From: a virus
Taxonomy: Duplodnaviria > Caudoviricetes
Length of the DNA: 63,288 nucleotides
Virus record (IMG/VR): IMGVR_UViG_3300027833_001748
Span: 1-63,288 of that record
Direction: 5' to 3' (one strand)
In this document: in pieces, positions 31,324 through 40,893 of the stretch
Numbering within the stretch: position 1 is the stretch's first letter
Layout of the letters: every line of letters begins with the position of its first letter
Made by a program: the position numbers and the translations under genes
The notes under the pieces: model-generated
Databases searched by the model: none
What the model was told of the DNA's origin: nothing
Seen by the model: the letters and a program-made list of their open reading frames with translations, nothing else

Positions 31324-33378
31324 ATGCCATATACAATAAGCTACACTGATGCTGTTAATAAAGGAACAATTACTGTTGAAGATAATACACTTAACAGTGA
31401 GACAAGTTTAAACTATCCCGGTAGAGGAACAACAGCATACGGTCAAGCAGTAAATGAAAACTTTTTACATTTACTAGAAAATTTTGCAAATACAACAGCA
31501 CCTGAACGTCCTGTAGAAGGACAGTTATGGTATGACTCTACACAAGGTGTAGATCAACTTAAAGTATACGATGGTACAAATTGGGTAGCAAGTGGCGGAC
31601 TTAAAAAAGCTAGTGCTGCTCCTGCTGTAGCAAACTCTAGTGCAGGCGACTTGTGGGTTAATACAGAAAGCCAGCAACTATACTTGTTTACAGGTAGTGC
31701 ATGGGTATTAGTAGGACCGGACTTTAGTGACGGACTACTAACAGGCGCACAAGCACAAGCAATTGTAGGCACAGACGACATAACTTATAATGTACTTGCA
31801 ATTAAAGTTGAAGATCAACCAGTAATTATTATTAGCAGTCAAAGTTTTATTCCAAAAGTAGCAATTAAAGGATTTAGAACAGGAATTAATCCTGGTATGA
31901 ATATTGCCGACGAAGCAATTGTTGGCGTACAAGCATTAAAATATTACGGTACAGCAGAAAAAGCAGAAGCATTAGTTGTTGGAAATACATCTGTACCTGC
32001 AAGTAACTTCCTAAGAGGAAATGCAGCAAGTAGTACAGATTTCCAACTAAGTGTTAAGAGTAATGACGGTATTAAAGTTGGTACAGGCGGCCAATTAAGT
32101 TTAGGTATTGACGGTGAAACTGGTGTTATACAACATAACACAAGTGGTTCTAGCATTGATGTTAGAATGCGTAACGGAAACTTAACACCAACTGTAATGA
32201 GTATTAATAGTGATGGTAATATAGGTTTTAATAATGCTGCACCTGAACAAACAGTTGATATTAAAGGTAATCTTAAAATATCACCTAAAACAGGTGAAGC
32301 AGAAACTGGCGTATTAAACATTACAAGTACTGAAAACTCTACATCAATTGGCACAGGTAGTATTACTACAACTGGCGGTATTGGTGTTTCACAAAATGCA
32401 TACATTGGCGGCGATGTAGATGTAGGCGGCTTATTAATAACAGGAAATATTGCTCCAGATAGTAATAGTTCAAGAAATATTGGTACTTCAATTAATAAAT
32501 TTGATCAAATATATGCTACTACGTTCTTTGGAAACATACAAGGTAACGTTAGTGGTACAGTTAGTGGTCGAGCAGGTTCTGCAGATAGACTTGCTAGTGC
32601 TACAACATTTGCATTAAGTGGTGATGTTGAACCAAATAGTTTTGAATTTGATGGGCAAACTGGCGGCAGCACAAAAACATTTGCAGTAAATATTGCAAAC
32701 AGTTTTATTAGTAACAAGACTACTACATATGATGCAGGAAATGCAGACGAATTACTGTTAAATGTAACTACAGGAACAACCGGCGTATATAAAATTACAA
32801 AACGTAATTTCTTAAAAACAATTCCACTAGTACCGGCAGGCGCAATGATGCCATTTGGTGGAGTTGAAGCACCTACTGGTTGGCTACTATGTGACGGACA
32901 AGAAATTAATAAGTCTGATTACAATGAATTATGGATAGCAATTCAACATAACTTTAAAGATGCTAGTTTAGTTAGTGACAACGGTGTAAGTAAATTTACA
33001 TTACCAGACTTTAGAGGAAGATTTGCATTAGGACTTGACAACATGGGCGGACCAAGTGCAAACAGAGTTACAAATTTAGCTGCTGATGCTATTGGTGGTA
33101 ACGCAGGTGGCGAAGCAGCAACACTAACTACAGATAATTTGCCAGAACACGAGCATGATTTAGAAGGTGCAAGTGGTACACAGTTTTATGGTGTTAGAGT
33201 TGGTGCTGGGGTACCAGTAGATGATAATGCTATTGAACTTCCAATTGAGCCAGGCTTAGGTGGAACACAGGGTATTGCATCAAGTGGTGGCATTAAAACT
33301 GAAGCAACACTTGGTACACCATTAGATGTTATGAATCCATTCTTAGCAGTCAATTACATAATTTATACGGGACAATAA
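31324..33378 (+). CDS. Tail fibre 1 with C-terminal tail-collar domain
   Basis: Shared N-domain YG...NENFLHLLENFA...P..GQLWYD; collar motif PAGAMMPFGG..APTGWLLCDG...FTLPDFRGR; HEH motif; PFLAVNYII end. Confidence 0.85.
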   Translation: MPYTISYTDAVNKGTITVEDNTLNSETSLNYPGRGTTAYGQAVNENFLHLLENFANTTAPERPVEGQLWYDSTQGVDQLKVYDGTNWVASGGLKKASAAPAVANSSAGDLWVNTESQQLYLFTGSAWVLVGPDFSDGLLTGAQAQAIVGTDDITYNVLAIKVEDQPVIIISSQSFIPKVAIKGFRTGINPGMNIADEAIVGVQALKYYGTAEKAEALVVGNTSVPASNFLRGNAASSTDFQLSVKSNDGIKVGTGGQLSLGIDGETGVIQHNTSGSSIDVRMRNGNLTPTVMSINSDGNIGFNNAAPEQTVDIKGNLKISPKTGEAETGVLNITSTENSTSIGTGSITTTGGIGVSQNAYIGGDVDVGGLLITGNIAPDSNSSRNIGTSINKFDQIYATTFFGNIQGNVSGTVSGRAGSADRLASATTFALSGDVEPNSFEFDGQTGGSTKTFAVNIANSFISNKTTTYDAGNADELLLNVTTGTTGVYKITKRNFLKTIPLVPAGAMMPFGGVEAPTGWLLCDGQEINKSDYNELWIAIQHNFKDASLVSDNGVSKFTLPDFRGRFALGLDNMGGPSANRVTNLAADAIGGNAGGEAATLTTDNLPEHEHDLEGASGTQFYGVRVGAGVPVDDNAIELPIEPGLGGTQGIASSGGIKTEATLGTPLDVMNPFLAVNYIIYTGQ

Positions 33379-33381
33379 TAG

Positions 33382-35292
33382 ATGAGTTATCAACTAAACA
33401 AAACAGACGGCACACTGCTACTAGACTTAATTGACGGTCAAATTGATACGGCTAGTACAAACCTTACATTAGTTGGTAGAAACTATACTGGTTACGGTGA
33501 GTATTTTAATGAAAATTTTATTAAATTACTTGAAAATTTTAGTAATACAGCAGCACCAAGTAATCCTGTAACAGGACAACTTTGGTGGGATAGCACAGAG
33601 CAGCGTTTAAAAGTATTTGACGGTACAGTTTGGAAGTCAAGCGGTGGCCCAATTGTACAAAACACTAGACCACAAATGGTTGCAGGTGATTTATGGATTG
33701 ATAACCTAAACAACCAAGTTTATGCTTATGATGGCACAGACTTAATGTTAATGGGCCCACAGTATACTGAATCTCAAGGTAAGAGCGGATTTGAAATTGG
33801 CAGTATACTTGACTCACAAAGTAGATCACGTACAGTTGCAAATTTATATGTAGGTGGAACACTTACAGCAGTAATTAGTAGTATTGAATTTACTCCAATT
33901 TATGCACAAAGAGTATTAGGACTAGTAACAGCATCAAACCCAGATGGTATTATTAAAGTTGGTATGAATGTTATTGACACTGCTAACTTTAAATACAGAG
34001 GTATTGCAGATTCTGCAAACGCACTTGTTACAGCAGGCGGCATAGTTAGAACTGCTGATAGTTTCCTACCATCAACAGCAAGTGGTATTACAACAGGTAC
34101 ACTGACAATTCAAAACTCAGGTGGTTTAACAATTGGACTATCACAAAACAACGTACAAAAAGTTGTTGGCCCACGTTTTTATATTGAAAATCAACTTACA
34201 GACCACGATTTAAGTTTGCGTGTTAAGTCAACTACATTCGGATCTATCTCAGTAGATGCAATTTATGTAGATGCAAGCGCAGCTAAAGTTGGTATTTTTA
34301 CAACTAACAGATTACCAGAATACACATTAGATGTAGAAGGTGACTTACGAGTTACTGGAGACTTAATTGTTGAAGGCGACAGAGTTGCATTAGATGTACA
34401 AACTCTAAGAGTTGAAGATAAAATTATTGAAATTGGTATACTAAACGATAGTACTGAACTTACTGATGCACAAGCAGATGAATCGGGTATTAGTGTTAAC
34501 AGTAGTAATGGTAGTAAAGATATACTTTGGAAAAATGCTACAAATGCATTTACATCAAATGTAAACATTGACTTACTAGGCACAGATAAAACTTACAAAA
34601 TTGGCGGGGTTGATAAACTTACAAATACTTCATTAATTAATATTACTTCTGCACCAGACTTACAACTAGTTGGCACACTTACTGAAATACAAATTGATGA
34701 AATTAATATTAATGGTAAGACTATTAGTTCAACAAATGATATGGCATTAATATCAACAAATGGTATTGCTATAACAGGCGGCGGCAACATTAATATTACT
34801 GATGCACAAAAAATTACTGGTGTAGGTAAAGCAATTAGTGCAAGAGAAGCAGCACGTTTAAGTGTAACTGAATCTACAGCAGGCACAGTTACAACTAAAG
34901 AATATGTAGACCAAGAAATTGCTACAGATCCATTAGTATTCAGTATGGATATTACAGGTATGGGAACAGGAACTACACTACAGAATGCATTAGCAGCGTA
35001 TTTGAATGATTTATACCCAGCTGTAACATTAAATTCTAACAAAATTGCACGTATACATACAACATCTTATGCTGGAGCAACAGTTCAAGGTGTGGATGTT
35101 GAAAGTGCTAAAAACAATAGCTATATAGCTGTTGATTCAAACGGAACACAGAATGAGTCTGTGGTACAAGACATTAGTTTTGATGCTGGGGGTGCAAGTG
35201 GTAGTGTTATCCTTACACCAGCAAGAGGGTTAATGACATATACTTCAAATGGAACAGCTTGGACTTATCAGTCAACAAGTGTGTATCCTTAA
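33382..35292 (+). CDS. Tail fibre 2
   Basis: Same N-domain (GRNYTGYGEYFNENFIKLLENFS...GQLWWD); shaft repeats; TTKEYVD motif. Confidence 0.8.
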   Translation: MSYQLNKTDGTLLLDLIDGQIDTASTNLTLVGRNYTGYGEYFNENFIKLLENFSNTAAPSNPVTGQLWWDSTEQRLKVFDGTVWKSSGGPIVQNTRPQMVAGDLWIDNLNNQVYAYDGTDLMLMGPQYTESQGKSGFEIGSILDSQSRSRTVANLYVGGTLTAVISSIEFTPIYAQRVLGLVTASNPDGIIKVGMNVIDTANFKYRGIADSANALVTAGGIVRTADSFLPSTASGITTGTLTIQNSGGLTIGLSQNNVQKVVGPRFYIENQLTDHDLSLRVKSTTFGSISVDAIYVDASAAKVGIFTTNRLPEYTLDVEGDLRVTGDLIVEGDRVALDVQTLRVEDKIIEIGILNDSTELTDAQADESGISVNSSNGSKDILWKNATNAFTSNVNIDLLGTDKTYKIGGVDKLTNTSLINITSAPDLQLVGTLTEIQIDEININGKTISSTNDMALISTNGIAITGGGNINITDAQKITGVGKAISAREAARLSVTESTAGTVTTKEYVDQEIATDPLVFSMDITGMGTGTTLQNALAAYLNDLYPAVTLNSNKIARIHTTSYAGATVQGVDVESAKNNSYIAVDSNGTQNESVVQDISFDAGGASGSVILTPARGLMTYTSNGTAWTYQSTSVYP

Positions 35293-35298
35293 AAACGA

Positions 35299-35304
35299 TA
35301 AATA
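35299..35304 (+). promoter_or_regulatory. Putative late promoter (TAAATA) before tail fibre 3
   Basis: GATAAATAATAT in a 40-nt intergenic gap. Confidence 0.6.
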
Positions 35305-35332
35305 ATATAATAGCACTAGGGGTTACACAATA

Positions 35333-36808
35333 ATGGCATATGCAATAGACAGATATAACAACACACTGTTAACTACAGTGGAAGATGGTACAGTTGATCA
35401 AACAACTGACCTTAAATTCATCGGAAAAAACTACGCAGGATACGGCGAAATACAAAATGAAAACTTTTTGTTTTTGCTAGAAAACTTTAGCGGAGCAAAT
35501 CAACCAGCAAGACCAATAAGTGGTCAAGTTTGGTTTGATAGTGGTTCAAGCAAATTAAAGTTTTATGATGGTACACAGTGGCGTACTACAGGCGGAGCAG
35601 AAATTTCAGGAACACAACCAACAGGATTAGCTAATGGCGACTTTTGGTGGGATACTGGCAATGATCAACTATATGTTTATAACGGTACTAACTTTATACT
35701 TATAGGACCACAGAACGCAGGCGAAGGCGTAACCCAGATGCAAAGCCTAGAAGTTCTTGATACTACAAGTGCTACAAGAGGAATTATTGCTGCTGTCATC
35801 GAAGATGAAACAACAATGGTTATAAGTCCAACACAGTTTGATCTAAATGCAAGCCAAACAGCATTAATTACACAAGGCTTTGATAGAATTAACAAAGGTG
35901 TTACTCTAAGAAATACTAAACTAGCAACAGACGGTGTTACTAGTACAGCTGATAGATTCCACGGTACAGCTACAAACGCTGAAAAACTAGGCGGAATATC
36001 AGCAGCTAATTTTGTTCAAACAGGTATTGGCAACACAGTATTTACAAGTGCAGTAGAAACACCAGATTCTGGTATTTTAGTTGGTGACTCAAATGATTTC
36101 CAATTTAAAATTGATGACAATGGCTTTGATGGTGTAATACAAAATATTACAAATAACGGCGTAATAAAATTTAAAGTTACTAGTGGCGCAGGCGTACTAA
36201 CACACGTAGGTACAGTTACAGCAACAGGAATTGTTCCAGCAGCTGACAACACATTTACATTAGGTACAGCAGCATTAGGATTTTCAAATGTACATGCAGC
36301 GACATTTACAGGTGAAGCAACTAAAGCAGCTACGCTAAGAGTTGGCACAGACTTCCGTTCAGCTAGTTCTAGTGCTACAAATAATACAATTGCAGTTAGA
36401 GATGCAACAGGAAATATTGCTGCAAACTTATTCCAAGGTACTGCAACACAAGCACGTTATGCTGACTTAGCAGAAAAATACACAACAGAAGAAGAATTAC
36501 CAGCAGGCACAGCAGTTGCAGTTGGCGGCGAAGCAGAAGTTCGTCCAGCAAAAGCAAGTGATCACAGTATTGGTGTTGTTTCAACTGATCCAGCATATAT
36601 GATGAATAGCGAAGCAGAAGGTCAATACATTGGTCTTAAAGGACGTTTACCAGTAAGAGTAAAAGGTCCAGTTTCAAAAGGTCAAGTAGTATATGCATGG
36701 GAAGACGGCGTAAGTACAACTATTGCTTCAACAGCGATGGTAGGAATTGCACTTGAAAGTAACAGTGATGAGGGCGAAAAACTAGTAGAATGTGTACTAA
36801 AGGTATAA
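35333..36808 (+). CDS. Tail fibre 3 with C-terminal intramolecular-chaperone (peptidase G2-like) domain
   Basis: Same N-domain; C-terminal ARYADLAEKY...GVVSTDPAYMMN...GLKGRLPVRVKGPVSKG. Confidence 0.8.
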   Translation: MAYAIDRYNNTLLTTVEDGTVDQTTDLKFIGKNYAGYGEIQNENFLFLLENFSGANQPARPISGQVWFDSGSSKLKFYDGTQWRTTGGAEISGTQPTGLANGDFWWDTGNDQLYVYNGTNFILIGPQNAGEGVTQMQSLEVLDTTSATRGIIAAVIEDETTMVISPTQFDLNASQTALITQGFDRINKGVTLRNTKLATDGVTSTADRFHGTATNAEKLGGISAANFVQTGIGNTVFTSAVETPDSGILVGDSNDFQFKIDDNGFDGVIQNITNNGVIKFKVTSGAGVLTHVGTVTATGIVPAADNTFTLGTAALGFSNVHAATFTGEATKAATLRVGTDFRSASSSATNNTIAVRDATGNIAANLFQGTATQARYADLAEKYTTEEELPAGTAVAVGGEAEVRPAKASDHSIGVVSTDPAYMMNSEAEGQYIGLKGRLPVRVKGPVSKGQVVYAWEDGVSTTIASTAMVGIALESNSDEGEKLVECVLKV

Positions 36809-36817
36809 GGAACCCCA

Positions 36818-37741
36818 ATGGCAGATATAACAGCAGCACGAATTAACAACTTACAATCTAGTATTGGTTTAATATTAGGTAATGGTTCGGGCCAAAACGG
36901 ATACGGACAGACAGTAGTAAGTACTCCAGTTAATAATACTGGTGACATTATAGAAGCTGCTGATATGAATGCAATTTATGCAGACATACTTAAAGCAAGA
37001 GTACACCAAGTTGGTACTGGTGACATTAGTATTGCTGAAGTTGTACAAAATCTAAACATAGTCGCAGAACAAACAAGTAACTTTATTAACAACCAAGGTA
37101 TTGGTTCAATTGATCCAGATGGCTTTAAGAAAGGTATTGAAGATTTTGAAGGCTTAATGAGTCAAGTGCAAGCAGATAAAGCACTTTTGCATCCAAGTCA
37201 AGCAGCATTAGAGCCTGGCATAACAAGTTCTAGATCAAGCACATGGAACGGCTTAATTGTACATGAAGTAGCTGTTACATTTAGCTCAGCTGAAGCAAAG
37301 CGTTTCTTTTTTAATACAGGCGGCGAAATTAGACTAAGTGCAAATAATACAGGCGCAAGCACTCCAAAAGGACTAGACTGGAATCAGTTATGTTCACAAG
37401 CAGGAACAATTAAATTTAATTCAGAAACTACAACATCTACAAATGGTGGCGGATCAACAATTGGTAACTACGATTTAACAAGTGCTTTCCAAGACATATA
37501 CCAAAAAGTTGGTAGCGGAACATATAGTGCTGTATATGCAGGTAACATTTATACACTTAAAGCAAGATCCGATATTGATACACGTATTATTTTTAGAGCA
37601 GAATTCAATGATGTAGTATTTGACAACAATATTGACAATAACGTCGATGGCACACTTTCAAGTGTTGTACAGCATTATCGTGCAGACGGCGATGTAAATA
37701 CTCTAGCACCATCATACTTTAATACTACTACACTAGCATAA
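36818..37741 (+). CDS. Virion structural protein (paralog of 37804-38796)
   Basis: ITAARINNLQ...GYGQ...FSSAEAKRFFFNTGGEI...DW pattern shared with the next ORF. Confidence 0.7.
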   Translation: MADITAARINNLQSSIGLILGNGSGQNGYGQTVVSTPVNNTGDIIEAADMNAIYADILKARVHQVGTGDISIAEVVQNLNIVAEQTSNFINNQGIGSIDPDGFKKGIEDFEGLMSQVQADKALLHPSQAALEPGITSSRSSTWNGLIVHEVAVTFSSAEAKRFFFNTGGEIRLSANNTGASTPKGLDWNQLCSQAGTIKFNSETTTSTNGGGSTIGNYDLTSAFQDIYQKVGSGTYSAVYAGNIYTLKARSDIDTRIIFRAEFNDVVFDNNIDNNVDGTLSSVVQHYRADGDVNTLAPSYFNTTTLA

Positions 37742-37773
37742 CCAAACACTTTAGCAATGCTAGTATTTTCTAA

Positions 37774-37779
37774 TAAATA
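37774..37779 (+). promoter_or_regulatory. Putative late promoter (TAAATA)
   Basis: AATAAATACTTG in the gap before ATG 37804. Confidence 0.55.
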
Positions 37780-37803
37780 CTTGATAGCAAAAAGAGATCA
37801 CAT

Positions 37804-38796
37804 ATGCCCAATACTGTATTAGCGAGTAGATATAATAATTTAAGAAACCAAGTAAATTTAGTGCTTGGAACTTCTAGCGGCGCAACTCCGCAATATGGGT
37901 ATGGACAATCATTTAGTACTAACAGCAAAGTTGGAACACGTTCAGTTGCTGATCCGTCCAATGCAGAAAAAGTAGCAGCGCAAGATTACAGAGATTTGTA
38001 TATTGACCTTATAAGAGCAAAAGCACACCAAGAAGGTGCATCAACACTTTCGGTTGATCCTTTTATTGTTGGTGATTATGAAACAAATACTAGCAATACA
38101 GATAAAATCGAAGAAGCGTATATACAAAATTTAGAAACACTAGCAACTGGATTAGAAACTAATAGATTTAGTGTTGCTGCATCAAATTTAACTACAGAAG
38201 CTAATAGTGCAGCTAGTAGCAGTCGAATTAACGGCCTTCCTTTTACATCAGAGATTAATCATATTTTTACAATGACGTGGGATACAGCTGAAGCAAGACG
38301 TCATTACTTTAATGCAGGCGGCCAAATTAAATTCGGTGCATCAGTGTCGTACACTGGAAGTCAAGCAAAAACAGTTGACTGGCAGCAAACATTATCTGCA
38401 ATGGGTACTACTAGTTTTACTGGTGTTGGTACAACAAATAATAACAGCATTGGTACTAATAGTTCCATCGGTAACTATAATTTAAGCAATGCATATCAAA
38501 TTGTTTATAGACAGGATAATGGTGCAGTTTATAGCAGAAGTAGTTATAACATTTATGCAAAAGAACAAGTTACAGGCGATACGACATCTGCTATAAGATT
38601 TAAAGTACAATTTTATGATGGCCGTCCTAATGATTTAACATACGGCGTTGACGAATTAGCATACGGCGATTGGTACAGTACTATACAAACAGCATATGCA
38701 GAAAGTACAGTTGCTATTAACGGAACAACATATGATGCCGTTATAATTCCAAGCAGCCAACGCCCTACAGGGTCTGTACAATCACCCCTAGGATAA
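37804..38796 (+). CDS. Virion structural protein (paralog of 36818-37741)
   Basis: VLASRYNNLR...GYGQ...WDTAEARRHYFNAGGQI...DW. Confidence 0.7.
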   Translation: MPNTVLASRYNNLRNQVNLVLGTSSGATPQYGYGQSFSTNSKVGTRSVADPSNAEKVAAQDYRDLYIDLIRAKAHQEGASTLSVDPFIVGDYETNTSNTDKIEEAYIQNLETLATGLETNRFSVAASNLTTEANSAASSSRINGLPFTSEINHIFTMTWDTAEARRHYFNAGGQIKFGASVSYTGSQAKTVDWQQTLSAMGTTSFTGVGTTNNNSIGTNSSIGNYNLSNAYQIVYRQDNGAVYSRSSYNIYAKEQVTGDTTSAIRFKVQFYDGRPNDLTYGVDELAYGDWYSTIQTAYAESTVAINGTTYDAVIIPSSQRPTGSVQSPLG

Positions 38797-38808
38797 CCAA
38801 CTTTATAG

Positions 38809-38837
38809 TTGACAAACTCTAAAATCTAATATATACT
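38809..38837 (+). promoter_or_regulatory. sigma70-type promoter opening the modification cluster
   Basis: TTGACA (38809-38814), 17-nt spacer, TATACT (38832-38837); AGGAG before ATG 38864. Confidence 0.82.
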
Positions 38838-38863
38838 AGTACTAATTAACTAGGAGTTTAACT

Positions 38864-39214
38864 ATGGATGAACGTTTAGAAAAAGCATTAGACTTTTCTA
38901 ATTATATGCTAACACTCAGTAATCAAAAACGATTATTATCTGAAAAATATCAGCAAGATTTAATTCATTTTTATAGTGGATCTCAATTTACAATTACACG
39001 AGAATTAATTACATTTGTAAGCGCAATGGTAGATGCTGAACAAGACGAAGTTGTAATTATTGATGATAATAGTATTCCTTGTATGGTAAGCGATATTAGT
39101 GATTTTCATATTAATATTTTAAACAAATACGCAACAGCGTCAAATGATTATTATACAGAATATGCAAGTCTAAAAACAAACAGAAGCGTAGAGAAATTAG
39201 TCGAGCATGAATAA
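38864..39214 (+). CDS. Hypothetical protein, first gene of the cluster
   Basis: 116-aa ORF with strong SD and 8-nt overlap with the next gene. Confidence 0.8.
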   Translation: MDERLEKALDFSNYMLTLSNQKRLLSEKYQQDLIHFYSGSQFTITRELITFVSAMVDAEQDEVVIIDDNSIPCMVSDISDFHINILNKYATASNDYYTEYASLKTNRSVEKLVEHE

Positions 39215-40058
39215 AGGTGCATTTGTAATTGCACGAAATAATGGCCATATTGATTATGTAAAACAAGCTGTTTTCCTTGCAAAAAGAATAAAGAAATATC
39301 TAGACATACCAGTTACAATAGCGACTGATAGTGCAGACTATCTAAAAAATACGTTTGATGTAAACATATTTGATAATGTAATTGAGTTACCATATACTGA
39401 CGAAAAAAACTTGCGATACTTTTTTGATGGAACATTGTCAAAAAAGACAGCTAGTTTTAAAAATGCTAATAGAGCAAATGTATATAATCTAACTCCTTAT
39501 GATGAAACATTATTAATGGATACTGACTATATCATTTCAAATGATTTGCTTAAAAGTTGTTTTGACTCAGTATCTGATTTTATGTTATATAAAAAATCAG
39601 ATGATATTGCAAAAGTACGTGCTGAAGACGAGTTTGATACAATAAGCAATACTAGTGTTGATTTTTATTGGGCTACTTGCGTATTTTTTAGAAAAACAGA
39701 AACTAATAAAACATTTTTTGATCTTGTTAGTCACATAGAAGATGAATGGAATCATTATAGACGAGTGTATCAAATTAAATCATCATTATTTAGAAATGAT
39801 TTTGCATTTAGTATAGCCGTACACATAATGAATGGATTTCAAACAGGAACATTTGCTCAACAACTTCCAGGAAGTATGATGTATACTACTGATAAAGATA
39901 TATTGTGGAGCATGAAAGATGATAAAATGATGTTCTTAGTTGAAAAGAAAGATTACTTAGGTGAATATACTGCTATAAAAACTAAAGGACAAACTATTCA
40001 TGTAATGAACAAAAGTAGTCTTAATAGAATTATTGATGAGGAGTTTGCAAATGACTAA
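39207..40058 (+). CDS. GT-A fold glycosyltransferase (GT8-like), paralog A1
   Basis: YNLTPYDETLLMDTD (DxD), RNDFAFSIA, C-terminal HVMNK. Confidence 0.7.
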   Translation: MNKGAFVIARNNGHIDYVKQAVFLAKRIKKYLDIPVTIATDSADYLKNTFDVNIFDNVIELPYTDEKNLRYFFDGTLSKKTASFKNANRANVYNLTPYDETLLMDTDYIISNDLLKSCFDSVSDFMLYKKSDDIAKVRAEDEFDTISNTSVDFYWATCVFFRKTETNKTFFDLVSHIEDEWNHYRRVYQIKSSLFRNDFAFSIAVHIMNGFQTGTFAQQLPGSMMYTTDKDILWSMKDDKMMFLVEKKDYLGEYTAIKTKGQTIHVMNKSSLNRIIDEEFAND

Positions 40059-40893
40059 AGGTATTGTATTGCTTGCTCAAAATAACGAAACTGATGATTA
40101 TGTATTACAAGCATGTTTGTTAGCAATGAGTGCAAAGGTTCATAATAAGGTACAGATAAGTGTAATAACTAATGACGATGTACCACAAGAATATGTAGAT
40201 CTTTTTGATCAAATTATTCCTATTCCGTTTGGAGATGCAGCAGACGATAGTGAATGGAAAGTTGAAAACCGTTGGAAAATTTATCATGCTAGTCCGTATG
40301 ATGAAACTATTGTAATGGATACAGATATGTTGGTATTACAAAATATTGATGTATGGTGGGAGTTCTTATCTAACTATGAAATATTTTATACAAATAATGT
40401 ACTAACATACAAAGGTGAAACTGCTAATACAGAATATTACAGACAAACATTTATTGATAATAACTTGCCTAATTTATTTTGTGGATTGCATTACTTCAAA
40501 AAATGTGATAACGCAAAAGAATTCTATACTTGGTTAGAACTAGTAGTTAATAATTGGCAAACCTTTTATGAACAGCATCTTGTAGCGTCTAGTCGCCCTA
40601 AGCATGTTAGTATAGATGTATGTACTGCTATTGTAGCAAAAATATTAGATTGCGAATCTAACATAACCAATAAAATTTCTAAGTTTCCAAGTTTTACACA
40701 CATGAAGCCATATTGTCAAGGATGGGTAGATGTACAAGTTAGTTGGCAAGCTCAAGTAGGTGTATATATGTCTAAAAATACTGATTTAAAAATTGGCAAC
40801 TATGTACAGTCTGGAATATTACATTATACTGAAAAAGATTTTGTAGAGAAATCTCCCGCATTAGAACGATATAGGAGTTTATTAAATGTCTAA
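40051..40893 (+). CDS. GT-A fold glycosyltransferase (GT8-like), paralog A2
   Basis: YHASPYDETIVMDTD, FTHMK, LHY. Start moved from 40033 to ATG 40051 (GAGGAG SD, 8-nt overlap). Confidence 0.7.
   Translation: MTKGIVLLAQNNETDDYVLQACLLAMSAKVHNKVQISVITNDDVPQEYVDLFDQIIPIPFGDAADDSEWKVENRWKIYHASPYDETIVMDTDMLVLQNIDVWWEFLSNYEIFYTNNVLTYKGETANTEYYRQTFIDNNLPNLFCGLHYFKKCDNAKEFYTWLELVVNNWQTFYEQHLVASSRPKHVSIDVCTAIVAKILDCESNITNKISKFPSFTHMKPYCQGWVDVQVSWQAQVGVYMSKNTDLKIGNYVQSGILHYTEKDFVEKSPALERYRSLLNV

Noticed and set aside
37732-37770. Possible terminator ACTAGCAT-N17-ATGCTAGT followed by ATTTTC
   Set aside because: AT-rich 8-bp stem, long loop and short U-tract; too weak to call.
31324-38796. Diversity-generating retroelement or invertase shuffling of fibre tips
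   Set aside because: No reverse transcriptase, recombinase, near-identical TR/VR pair or inverted crossover sites were seen. Fibre similarity is protein-level and N-terminal.
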